From: Solitalea agri
GTDB lineage: Bacteria > Bacteroidota > Bacteroidia > Sphingobacteriales > Sphingobacteriaceae
Length of the DNA: 32,000 bases
NCBI RefSeq assembly: GCF_023914155.1
Contig: NZ_JAMWYS010000053.1
Location: forward strand, 117,339 to 149,338
Direction: 5' to 3'
This document shows, one piece after another, positions 1 to 8,404 of this stretch. The notes under the pieces were generated by a model, which searched no databases, was not told the DNA's origin, and saw only the letters and a list, made by a program, of their open reading frames with translations. A program made the position numbers and the translations under genes. The first letter of the stretch is position 1; every line of letters starts with the position of its first letter.

Positions 1-1130
1 CTGCGTGCATAACCAGAGGTAGGCAAGGTGTGATTGGTGCCCGAGGCATAATCGCCTGCCGATTCGGGGGTTAAATGCCCAAGAAATACTGAGCCTGCAT
101 TTATAATTTCCGGTATCAATTGTTCGTAATTATCGGTTTCAATAATTAAATGTTCTGGAGCATACAAATTGCTGAATTGCATGGCTTCGGTTAAATTACC
201 GGTTACAACCGCATAAGAATTCTCAATTGCTTTGGCGGCAATCTCTTTTCGAGGTAACTCATCTAACTGAAGACATAATTGTTTATTCACCTCGTCAATG
301 AGTTGTTGAGAGTCACTTACCAGTACCGCCTGACTATCGGCTCCATGCTCGGCCTGTGCCAATAAATCGGCCGCAACAAAAGTCGGATTAGCAGAAGAAT
401 CTGCAATTACCAACACTTCCGAAGGGCCGGCCGGCATATCAATAGCGGTGTTAGTTGTACTTTGAATGATTGTTTTAGCCTTGGTAACGTATTGGTTTCC
501 AGGGCCAAATATCTTATCAACTTTTGGAATGCTTTCGGTACCATAGGCCATTGCAGCTACGGCTTGAGCTCCTCCAATCAGATAAACTTTTTTAATGCCT
601 AAAAGCAATGCACAATAAGCTATATAACTATTAATGGAGCCGTTTTTCTGCGGAGGAGAGCAAACTACAATCTCTTTACATCCGGCAATTTTTGCCGGAA
701 TACCCAGCATTAAGAAGGTGCTTGGTAACACTGCTGAACCACCGGGAACATATAAACCTACTCGTTCAATAGGTCGTAATTCCCTCCAACAAGTAACACC
801 TGAAGTAGTTTCAACCTTCGCCTCATCTTTTAACTGCTCCAAATGGAACTTGTGAATATTGTAAAAGGCCTTTTCTAATGCTTTTTGCTCATGTTCTTCA
901 ACCTGTGACGCTAGTTCCTGAATCTCTTCAAAACCAATAAATAAGGATGAAAGATTTACCTTATCGAACTTTTGAGCATAATTCAACAGTGCTTTATCCC
1001 CATTTGTTCTTACTTCAGCAATAATTTCCTCAACTGCAGTTCCAATTTCGTTGGAAGAGTCAGCGTTACGAGTTATTAACTTTTGAAGCTCCTGACTACC
1101 TAATGCTGAGTAGTTATATGATTTTAGCAT
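1..1130 (-). CDS. hisD: histidinol dehydrogenase; C-terminal end lies beyond the window edge
   Basis: Absent from the ORF track because it runs off the window. My reverse-strand translation from ATG (complement of 1128-1130) gives MLKSYNYSALGSQELQKLITRN...GLYVPGGSAVLPSTFLMLGIPAKIAGCKEIVVCSPP...LIGGAQAVAAMAYGTESIPKVDKIFGPGNQYVTKAK...LLAQAEHGADSQAVL...GDYASGTNHTLPTSG. These are typical HisD blocks. It lies directly downstream of hisG on the same strand. Confidence 0.9.
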   Translation of the reverse strand, partial: MLKSYNYSALGSQELQKLITRNADSSNEIGTAVEEIIAEVRTNGDKALLNYAQKFDKVNLSSLFIGFEEIQELASQVEEHEQKALEKAFYNIHKFHLEQLKDEAKVETTSGVTCWRELRPIERVGLYVPGGSAVLPSTFLMLGIPAKIAGCKEIVVCSPPQKNGSINSYIAYCALLLGIKKVYLIGGAQAVAAMAYGTESIPKVDKIFGPGNQYVTKAKTIIQSTTNTAIDMPAGPSEVLVIADSSANPTFVAADLLAQAEHGADSQAVLVSDSQQLIDEVNKQLCLQLDELPRKEIAAKAIENSYAVVTGNLTEAMQFSNLYAPEHLIIETDNYEQLIPEIINAGSVFLGHLTPESAGDYASGTNHTLPTSGYAR

Positions 1131-1153
1131 TTGTGGTTAGATTTTAGATTTGC

Positions 1154-1230
1154 GATTTGAGACAAGAGATGCACTTAGTTTTAAGGTGAAATTTGAACAG
1201 TTAAAATTCTCATATCTCCTATCTCAAATC
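1154..1230. repeat. imperfect inverted repeat (18-nt arms, about 39-nt spacer) in the hisG-hisD spacer
   Basis: gatttgagacaagagatg (1154-1171) pairs with catatctcctatctcaaatc (1211-1230). I count two mismatches and one G-U. It is preceded by a tagattt/tagattt/gcgattt 7-nt stutter at 1145-1158. Confidence 0.6.
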
Positions 1231-1242
1231 TCATGTCTCTCC

Positions 1243-2094
1243 TTACAAAATAATTTTCTCAATTGGTAAAACCACAATTCCTTCAGCGCCTGCAGTTTTA
1301 AGTCGGTTAATTTTATCCCAAAAATCCTTCTCCGGTATTACAGTGTGAACAGCCACCCAATCTTCAGTAGCCAGTGGTACTATCGTTGGGCTTTTAATTC
1401 CAGGTAACAATTCTAAAATTGCTGGTAAATTTGCTTTAGATGCATTCATTACTACATACTTGGTTTGCTCGGCTCTCAGTACACTTTGTATACGCTGCAA
1501 TAATTCAAAAACAACAGGATCTTTTGCTATGCCATTTTTGCCAATTAAAACAGCTTCCGATCTCATCACATCAGCAAAAGGTTTTAATCCGTTGCTTTTT
1601 AACGTTCCTCCGGTAGAAACGATATCGAAAATAGCATCGCTTAAGCCCAAATTGGTTGAAATCTCAACAGAACCGCTGATCTCACGGATTTCTGCATCAA
1701 TATTATTTTCTTTTAAAAATTTATCAAGAATAACAGGGTAGGAGGTCGCTATTGATTTGCCATTCAGGCCTGAGAGGTCTTTTATGTCACTATGATTTGC
1801 TATTGCCAATTTAAGGCTGCATTTGCCGAAGCCAAGTTTTTGAAGGTAAGTAACATCTACTTGTTTTTCAGCAATTACATTTTCTCCAACAATTCCTAAA
1901 TCGGCAATACCGTCTTGCACATATTCAGGAATATCATCATCTCTTAAAAAGAGAATTTCCAAAGGGAAATTGTTAACAGGGGAGATTAACGAACTCTTGT
2001 AGTTTTCAAAGCTTAAACCGCTTTTTTTAAGCAGATCAACCGATTTTTCGTTTAAACGGCCCGACTTCTGGATAGCAATTTTTATAGTTTTCAT
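1243..2094 (-). CDS. hisG: ATP phosphoribosyltransferase, long form with C-terminal regulatory domain
   Basis: 283-aa ORF. It carries the HisG signature region EISTNLGLSDAIFDIVSTGGTLKSNGL, and its length fits long-form HisG. It sits directly upstream of hisD. Confidence 0.9.
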   Translation of the reverse strand: MKTIKIAIQKSGRLNEKSVDLLKKSGLSFENYKSSLISPVNNFPLEILFLRDDDIPEYVQDGIADLGIVGENVIAEKQVDVTYLQKLGFGKCSLKLAIANHSDIKDLSGLNGKSIATSYPVILDKFLKENNIDAEIREISGSVEISTNLGLSDAIFDIVSTGGTLKSNGLKPFADVMRSEAVLIGKNGIAKDPVVFELLQRIQSVLRAEQTKYVVMNASKANLPAILELLPGIKSPTIVPLATEDWVAVHTVIPEKDFWDKINRLKTAGAEGIVVLPIEKIIL

Positions 2095-2215
2095 ATAAAT
2101 TGTCTAGTGGTTGGAGTATACAAAAAGCCTATTGCTTGTTTGTATTAAGCCAACCGCAGTTTTATGTTAAAATGTGTGATTTATTATTTTGGATTGATAC
2201 TAAAACTCGCTGCGA
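2095..2215 (-). promoter_or_regulatory. his operon leader RNA, candidate attenuator between leader peptide and hisG
   Basis: On the minus-strand RNA there are three complementary pairs. CGCUGC (2263-2268, inside the leader ORF) pairs with GCAGCG (2208-2213). AGUUUUA (2201-2207) pairs with UAAAACU (2158-2164). GGUUGG (2150-2155) pairs with CCAACC (2109-2114). A small AAGC/GCUU hairpin (2125-2137) runs into a U5 tract (2122-2126). I could not fold it rigorously by eye. Confidence 0.45.
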
Positions 2216-2290
2216 TTAGGCACAATGGTGATGATGCCCATGATGAAGATGGGTATGATGGTGCAGCGCGATATGTTGTTTAGTTATCAT
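2216..2290 (-). CDS. histidine-rich leader peptide (24 aa) of the his operon
   Basis: The reverse strand reads ATG ATA ACT AAA CAA CAT ATC GCG CTG CAC CAT CAT ACC CAT CTT CAT CAT GGG CAT CAT CAC CAT TGT GCC TAA, which is MITKQHIALHHHTHLHHGHHHHCA. That is 10 His in 24 codons. It lies 121 nt upstream of the hisG ATG on the same strand and is too short for the ORF track. Confidence 0.65.
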   Translation of the reverse strand: MITKQHIALHHHTHLHHGHHHHCA

Positions 2291-2461
2291 TAACACTTTT
2301 GGAAGTGGAAGTACAAAGAAAAGCTATACTTTACAAAAAAGCAACAGTAATTTTGAAAAAATGAAAAATTAATCGTTTTTTTAAAATTGGCATAAGGTTT
2401 ACAGCTAGAGGAATTATGAACATGTTTAGACGAAATACCCAGCTTTCAAGCGTAAAAGAAT

Positions 2462-2469
2462 TACTTTTG
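2462..2469 (+). promoter_or_regulatory. candidate Bacteroidota -7 box (TACTTTTG)
   Basis: It matches the TAnnTTTG consensus and lies 76 nt upstream of the ATG at 2545. A second match, TAATTTTG, is at 2348-2355. The motif is expected by chance about once per 1-2 kb in AT-rich DNA, so support is weak. Confidence 0.25.
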
Positions 2470-2544
2470 CCGTTACATTTATTTTTAAATCATCTACTTG
2501 ATAGTTTCTTTCTCTTGAAAATAAATGGGTTTCGTGCTTCTTTG

Positions 2545-4125
2545 ATGCGAAATATTAAGCTTTCCCTCCTTTTAATTTTGGTGTTTGGTTTAGCCGGTTG
2601 TGGTAAAAAGCCTTCGGCAACAGGTATTTATCTTTCTGAATTGTTTAAAGATAAAACGTATAAAAAGTTTGATACTGCCGTTTTTAATGCAGCTGTTCAA
2701 TTTGAATTAAAGCAACAGCGAGGCAAATTGTTTAATCAGAAAGTTCTTAAACGTTTTTTTGAAGAAAAGAGTAAAAGTGACACCGCCTGGTTTATCACTT
2801 TAATAAAAGATCATCAAATTGACTCACTGGAATCCTTTTTTAATCAATCCTATAAGCATGGGATAGCTCCCGAATTGTTTAATGCAAAAAAGATTGATTC
2901 GTTAAAGCAACGCTTTAACCAGGGTAAATTTGATTCATTGCGGCAGTTGTATACTTTAATGGCCCGTTTTCAGGTGCTTACAGCCAATGCTTATATTTCT
3001 TATGCATCTAAAATGCAATATGGGTGTATCGATCCTTCAAAAATATATGCTCGCTACTACATTCCAGTTGAACGGCCAACTGACTCCTCGTTATTCAAGA
3101 TGTTAAGTAAGCAGAATTGGGTCGATCAGCTTAATGCAATTCAACCTAAACGGGCAGAGTATATCTTTTTGCAAAAAGCCCTTGATACTTGCTCTGATAT
3201 TGCTTTAAGGGCAAAAATACTGTTGAACATGGAACGATATCGCTGGAAAATTCCTGCGGATTCAGGAAGGTTTGTACGGGTGAATATTCCTTCTTTTAAC
3301 CTTGTTGTGGTTGATACTGGCAAAGTTCAATTAACGATGAAGGTATGTGTTGGTGAGAAAAGGGAAGATGACTATGCTGCAAAAAAAGAGATCTACCTGA
3401 AGTCAAAGCTTGTTGAAGATAAGCCTTTGAATCATGAAACACCAATTATGTTTGGCAAGCTTAATAACATACAGCTTAATCCTAAGTGGAATATTCCTCA
3501 TTCGATAGCCCAAACCGAAATATTAGCTAAATCTCGTGCAAATCCTTATTATTTAGTAAGCAGTGGAATCAGGGTTTATAACAAAAAAGGTGAAACTGTT
3601 GACCCAACAGAAATTGATTGGGACAGTGTTAATCCTAATAACATTCCATATAATTTTAAACAAGATCCGGGCGATGGCAACGCTTTAGGGAAATTTAAGT
3701 TCAACTTCCCTAACAAATCAAGCATTTATTTGCATGATACGCCTAATAAATCAGCTTTTAAAAAAGATAACCGGGCTGTTAGTCACGGCTGCATTCGGGT
3801 GGCTGACCCATTGACATTTGCCAAAGTATTAATTCAAAGCCCTCGTTTGTTTGATGAAATTAGGATTGAAACAGGACTTCCGCCTTTGGATACTTTAAAA
3901 ATGGGCAGATATGAACGGAAGTTGGAGCATCAGCAAGCGGTTGGTCGACAAACACGATGGATCACCATTCAAAACTCATGGCCGCTTTTTATCGATTACT
4001 ATACTTGTGTTCCTGATTCAAACGGTGTAAAGGTTTATAACGACGTGTATGATTACGATAATATGCTGTTAGATTCATTGAAAAGATATTTAGTGAAATC
4101 AAATCAAAACTCAGTAAAACAGTAG
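2545..4125 (+). CDS. L,D-transpeptidase (YkuD domain, YcbB/LdtD-like) lipoprotein
   Basis: It contains the YkuD catalytic motif HDTPNKSAFKKDNRAVSHGCIRV. I prefer the in-frame ATG at 2545 over the track start at 2416, because it yields a lipoprotein signal MRNIKLSLLLILVFGLAGC with lipobox LAGC. Confidence 0.85.
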   Translation: MRNIKLSLLLILVFGLAGCGKKPSATGIYLSELFKDKTYKKFDTAVFNAAVQFELKQQRGKLFNQKVLKRFFEEKSKSDTAWFITLIKDHQIDSLESFFNQSYKHGIAPELFNAKKIDSLKQRFNQGKFDSLRQLYTLMARFQVLTANAYISYASKMQYGCIDPSKIYARYYIPVERPTDSSLFKMLSKQNWVDQLNAIQPKRAEYIFLQKALDTCSDIALRAKILLNMERYRWKIPADSGRFVRVNIPSFNLVVVDTGKVQLTMKVCVGEKREDDYAAKKEIYLKSKLVEDKPLNHETPIMFGKLNNIQLNPKWNIPHSIAQTEILAKSRANPYYLVSSGIRVYNKKGETVDPTEIDWDSVNPNNIPYNFKQDPGDGNALGKFKFNFPNKSSIYLHDTPNKSAFKKDNRAVSHGCIRVADPLTFAKVLIQSPRLFDEIRIETGLPPLDTLKMGRYERKLEHQQAVGRQTRWITIQNSWPLFIDYYTCVPDSNGVKVYNDVYDYDNMLLDSLKRYLVKSNQNSVKQ

Positions 4126-4158
4126 TTGAGATTTCAGGTAAATTATTAATTTTGTTTT

Positions 4159-6213
4159 TTGATGAACTTCCTTTATCCATCTTTCCTGTTCGCTCTTTCG
4201 GCTATTGCCATTCCCATTGTTATTCACCTGTTTAATTTTCGAAAGTTTAAGCGTGTTCCATTTACAAATGTTCGTTTTCTGAAAGAAATCAAACAGCAAA
4301 CCGATTCACGATCGAGGTTAAAGCATCTGCTGATTTTGGCTTGTAGGATATTGGCCATCACTTTTCTGGTATTCGCCTTTGCCCAGCCATTTGTGCCTCA
4401 GGGTAAATCAGTAAAGGTCGGACAAACTCATAGTTACAGCATTTATATTGATAATTCGTACAGTATGGATGCCCGTAACAACGAAGGAAGTTTGTTGGAT
4501 GAAGCCAAACGTAAAGCTCGAAGCCTGGCCTCTTCTGCAGGTTTAAATGATCGGTTTCAGTTATTAACGAACGATTTTGAAGGAAAGCATCAACGTTTGG
4601 TAGATAAAGAGGAGTTTTTGAAATTGCTTGATGACATTAAAATAAGCCCGAATAAAAGAAGGGTTGATGAAGTAATCGCCAGACAAAAAGACTTGTTATT
4701 TTCTTCAGGTGCAGGATTAAAGCAATCGTATTTGATTTCAGATTTTCAACGAAATAATATTGATGAAAGTAAACTTTCGTTAGACACGACGTTAAAAGTA
4801 ACAGCAATACCGGTTGAAGAAACGAAAACCGTTAATATCTCTGTAGATAGTGTTTGGTTTATATCACCGATTCATAAAGCCGGTGAGTCTGAACAGATGG
4901 TAGTAAAAGTTAAGAACTTCACCGATGAAGATGCTTCGAATGTTCCGGTTAAGTTGTTTGTGAACAAGATGCAAAAAGCTATTGGTAGTTTATCTGTTAA
5001 GGCAAAATCATCGGCAACAGATACATTAACTTATAAACCCGATGGTGCCGGTTGGCAGCAAGGAGAAGTTTCTATTACAGACTTCCCGGTTACGTTTGAT
5101 GATCGTTTGTTTTTCTCTTATCTGATCGACCAGAAAGTAAATGTGTTGGTAATTAGTGGCGCTAAGGCTAATAATTACGTACAAACCGTTTATCAAACCG
5201 ATGATTATTTTCAAACTGTTAAAAATAATGAAAATCAGATTGACTATGAGTTGATTCCTCGCCAACGATTGGTTGTTTTAGACCGAATTAGTACAATTTC
5301 AGGAGGCTTAGCTCAACAGCTAACCAAATTTGTTCAGGCGGGAGGTTCAGTTTTAGTTTTCCCTGATTTTTCATCCGATATAAGCAGTTATAACAGTTTT
5401 TTAACCGCTGTTAATACCGAACGTTTGGGAGCAACAGATCCGCAGGCCAATAAAACTGAAAAGATCAACCTTCAATCAGATGTCTTTTCAGGCTTGTTTG
5501 AAATGGTGCCACAAAGCAATATTGATTTACCGTTTGTTAAACGGTCATTTAATACACAAGACCTAAGTACAAGTCGCCGCGAAGTTTTGTTGACCATGCA
5601 GGGTGGAAAATCATTATTAAGTAAAACGCAAACAGGGCTGGGACGGGTTTATTTGTCTTCGGTACCTTTAGATGATAGCGTTACTAACTTACCGCGTCAT
5701 GCCATATTTGTTCCAATGATGTATAAAATGGCTTTGTTGGGTAACCAGCGTTATCCATTGTATTATACAATCGGTAAAAACACATTACTCGAAACGTCAA
5801 AATTGCCTCCTGCAGAGCGTAATGATTATAAACTGAAAAATAAAGACACTGAATTTATACCTGATATCAGAAATGATGAGTCAAAAACAAATCTCTACAT
5901 CGATGATCAGGTAAAAAAAGATGGAATTTATAATTTTGCAAACGGAAATGAGCTGCTTGCCTGTTTTGCTTTCAATTACGACCGTTCCGAATCTGATCTT
6001 AGCTATTTTTCAGTAAGTGAATTAGAAAAGGTATTAGGTACAAAAAATATTTCTGTGCTTAACGCTCCTGCCGATGCGGTGGGAAAGGCGGTTGAGGTTG
6101 AAAATTCGGGCCGAAAACTTTGGAAATACTGCATATGGCTTACTTTATTATTCTTAGGGGCCGAAGTTTTATTGATCAGGTATTTCGAAAAGTTGCAAAT
6201 GAAAGCTGTTTAG
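4159..6213 (+). CDS. BatA-like protein: N-terminal double-transmembrane domain plus vWA-like domain and a C-terminal TM helix
   Basis: The N-terminus MMNFLYPSFLFALSAIAIPIVIHLFNFRKFKRVPF is typical of the BatA N-terminal double-TM domain. A MIDAS-like DxSxS motif is present (IDNSYSMDA). The C-terminal hydrophobic helix is WKYCIWLTLLFLGAEVLLI. Confidence 0.7.
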   Translation: MMNFLYPSFLFALSAIAIPIVIHLFNFRKFKRVPFTNVRFLKEIKQQTDSRSRLKHLLILACRILAITFLVFAFAQPFVPQGKSVKVGQTHSYSIYIDNSYSMDARNNEGSLLDEAKRKARSLASSAGLNDRFQLLTNDFEGKHQRLVDKEEFLKLLDDIKISPNKRRVDEVIARQKDLLFSSGAGLKQSYLISDFQRNNIDESKLSLDTTLKVTAIPVEETKTVNISVDSVWFISPIHKAGESEQMVVKVKNFTDEDASNVPVKLFVNKMQKAIGSLSVKAKSSATDTLTYKPDGAGWQQGEVSITDFPVTFDDRLFFSYLIDQKVNVLVISGAKANNYVQTVYQTDDYFQTVKNNENQIDYELIPRQRLVVLDRISTISGGLAQQLTKFVQAGGSVLVFPDFSSDISSYNSFLTAVNTERLGATDPQANKTEKINLQSDVFSGLFEMVPQSNIDLPFVKRSFNTQDLSTSRREVLLTMQGGKSLLSKTQTGLGRVYLSSVPLDDSVTNLPRHAIFVPMMYKMALLGNQRYPLYYTIGKNTLLETSKLPPAERNDYKLKNKDTEFIPDIRNDESKTNLYIDDQVKKDGIYNFANGNELLACFAFNYDRSESDLSYFSVSELEKVLGTKNISVLNAPADAVGKAVEVENSGRKLWKYCIWLTLLFLGAEVLLIRYFEKLQMKAV

Positions 6214-6285
6214 TAATTGGTTATGCTGTTACAGATTATTTAAACCAAGATCAGAGATTATCTAGCATTTAATAAAAATAAATAA

Positions 6286-7551
6286 ATGAAGTTTCTTATA
6301 AAGTCAGCCACCATTGTCGATCCTAATTCGAGTTTTAACGGACAAGTGAAAGATATTTTGATTGACAAGGGGCAAATCACTCAAATTGATTCAGTAATTG
6401 AAGCAAAAGGAGCCGAAGTGTATGATGCAACAGGTCAGTTTGTTTCACCGGGATGGATGGATATGCATGTTAACTTTGGAGACCCAGGATTTGAGACCAA
6501 GGAAGACTTAATAAGTGGTTGTGCGGCTGCGGCTGCTGGAGGTTTTACCGCGGTTGCTATTATGCCGAACACTAATCCTCCCATGCATTCAAAGGCTGAA
6601 ATTGAATATATAAAGAACCGGGCAAAAGGTAATTCTGTAGATGTTTATCCGATCGGAAGCTTAAGTGTTAAACGGGAAGGTGTTGATATTGCCGAGTTGT
6701 ATGATATGACCCAGTCGGGTGCAGTAGCTTTTTCTGATGGAAACAAACCTGTGCAAAATGCAGGGTTTATGATGCGCTCCCTGCAGTATGCCTTGGCTTT
6801 TAATGGGTTAGTAATTTCATATCCTGAAGATGCTTCAATTGCTGAAAAAGCTAAGGTGAATGAAGGTATTACTGCTACTTATTTGGGTATGAAAGGTATC
6901 CCGAATATTGCAGAAGAACTGATGATTGCACGCGATATTTTTCTGGCTGAATATACTGGAGGGAAAGTTCATTTTACAACCGTTTCTACTGCAGGTGGTG
7001 TTGAGTTGATTCGTGCAGCGCGTAAAAAAGGCTTGCCAATAACTGCCGATGTAGCCGTTCATCATTTATTGCTGGATGATTCAGTGTTAATGGGATTTGA
7101 TAGCAACTATAAAGTGAAACCACCTTTACGTTCTCAAAACGATATTAAGGCATTAAAAGACGGTCTGAGAGATGGTACTATTGATGCAGTTGTTTCTCAA
7201 CATACCCCTCATGAAATTGAGTTTAAAGACCAGGAGTTTGAAACATCAGCTTACGGGATTTCAGGTTTAGAAACAGCCTATGCTGTATTTAATATGGCTT
7301 GTGAAAAAGTATTAGCCATTGAAGAAATGGTAGATGCCCTGGCAATTAGCCCGAGAGAGATTTTAGGGTTGGAAGTTCCAGTAATTGAATTAAATAAACC
7401 GGCTAATATCACCGTTTTCGATCCAGATCATCAATGGATGTTAAGCGCTGAAAACATTCGTTCCAAATCAAAAAACACTCCTTTTATTGGTAAAGACTTA
7501 AAAGGCAAGGCAATGGCGATTGTTAATAATGGCCAAATGATAATTAACTAA
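6286..7551 (+). CDS. dihydroorotase-like amidohydrolase with degenerate catalytic motifs (probable non-catalytic paralog)
   Basis: The overall layout is type-I DHOase-like: GWMDMHVNFGDPGFETKEDLISG..AAGGFTAV..MPNT, IARDIFLAE, VAVHHLLL and KVKPPLRS. However the HxH motif reads HVN, the expected HxS histidine reads HFTTVS, and the D-x-A-P-H signature reads SQHTPH. Confidence 0.8.
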   Translation: MKFLIKSATIVDPNSSFNGQVKDILIDKGQITQIDSVIEAKGAEVYDATGQFVSPGWMDMHVNFGDPGFETKEDLISGCAAAAAGGFTAVAIMPNTNPPMHSKAEIEYIKNRAKGNSVDVYPIGSLSVKREGVDIAELYDMTQSGAVAFSDGNKPVQNAGFMMRSLQYALAFNGLVISYPEDASIAEKAKVNEGITATYLGMKGIPNIAEELMIARDIFLAEYTGGKVHFTTVSTAGGVELIRAARKKGLPITADVAVHHLLLDDSVLMGFDSNYKVKPPLRSQNDIKALKDGLRDGTIDAVVSQHTPHEIEFKDQEFETSAYGISGLETAYAVFNMACEKVLAIEEMVDALAISPREILGLEVPVIELNKPANITVFDPDHQWMLSAENIRSKSKNTPFIGKDLKGKAMAIVNNGQMIIN

Positions 7552-7654
7552 ATTTTGCTTGAATGGATTAGGTTGTAAAGTTTAATGGAAGCTTTATTTC
7601 TTAATCTATTTTAAACCGTCATATTTATTAGACATTCATAATTCCTATATAATC

Positions 7655-8383
7655 ATGGATAAAAAAGTTCAACAATCCCTTAAGGCAGCTTTGTCGGGGT
7701 ATAAAATTGGTCAATCAGGCTCAATTCCTTCATCTTATTCATTAGATGATAAAGACACTGCCTTTTATAATAAGTTGGTAACTATATTTTCTCAAGGGGA
7801 AGACTTTAAGCAGAAAATGCAGTTGATGGACGAGGCTTTTGATGATGAGCCGGCTTTTGAAAATCTGCGCGAATTTTTCTTTGATCTTCTGCTGATTAAC
7901 TTTTTTCAGGCCGATGCAGTTCGATTGGAGGATGATTATCTCGAATCTCCAGAATGGTTGAAAATTGAAGATGATACGATTGACAGGGGAACGGAATTGT
8001 TGAATTTGTTCCTTTATCTGCATGAGTGTGATATGGAAAAAATAGAACCTGAACTTTCTGATTACTTAAAAGAGTTTTTATTAATTGAGGAAGAAGAGTT
8101 TCAGGAAGAATTGGAAATTTATGAGGATGTAGTGGCCAATCAGATGCTGGTGGAAAGTACTTATGCCGAAATTGCCAAAACAGCCGACAGATTGGAAGAA
8201 AGTGCTCCATTGAAAGATCTTTTTTATGTTTTGATGAGCTTTTTCAATGAAACGGATCCTGGAATGACCGATTTAAATGATTATTTAAAGCAGGCTGCCA
8301 ATAAGCCATTTGATACTGCCGCTCTTTTTGCTATACTTGTTTACAACTATAATCTATCGGAATTACCGGTAAAGATCAACTAA
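7655..8383 (+). CDS. hypothetical, strongly acidic cytoplasmic protein (242 aa)
   Basis: Long ORF in the same orientation as its neighbours, with no TM segment or signal peptide. My hand count is about 53 D/E against about 20 K/R. No family recognised. Confidence 0.6.
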   Translation: MDKKVQQSLKAALSGYKIGQSGSIPSSYSLDDKDTAFYNKLVTIFSQGEDFKQKMQLMDEAFDDEPAFENLREFFFDLLLINFFQADAVRLEDDYLESPEWLKIEDDTIDRGTELLNLFLYLHECDMEKIEPELSDYLKEFLLIEEEEFQEELEIYEDVVANQMLVESTYAEIAKTADRLEESAPLKDLFYVLMSFFNETDPGMTDLNDYLKQAANKPFDTAALFAILVYNYNLSELPVKIN

Positions 8384-8404
8384 ACTTTAAAAACCTTAAA
8401 ATCT

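Noticed and set aside
634-855. 73-aa plus-strand ORF from the track
   Set aside because: It lies entirely inside the minus-strand hisD coding region, whose translation shows clear HisD motifs. It is an antisense shadow ORF.
1460-1741. 93-aa plus-strand ORF inside hisG
   Set aside because: It is antisense to a well-supported hisG, has a low-complexity and unprotein-like sequence, and has no independent signals.
2416-2544. N-terminal 43-codon extension of the L,D-transpeptidase ORF as listed in the track
   Set aside because: The extension would bury a perfect lipoprotein signal peptide (MRNIKLSLLLILVFGLAGC), which must be N-terminal. The internal ATG at 2545 is preferred. The same logic applies to 11373-11414 (thioredoxin-like protein) and 14702-14737 (dxr).
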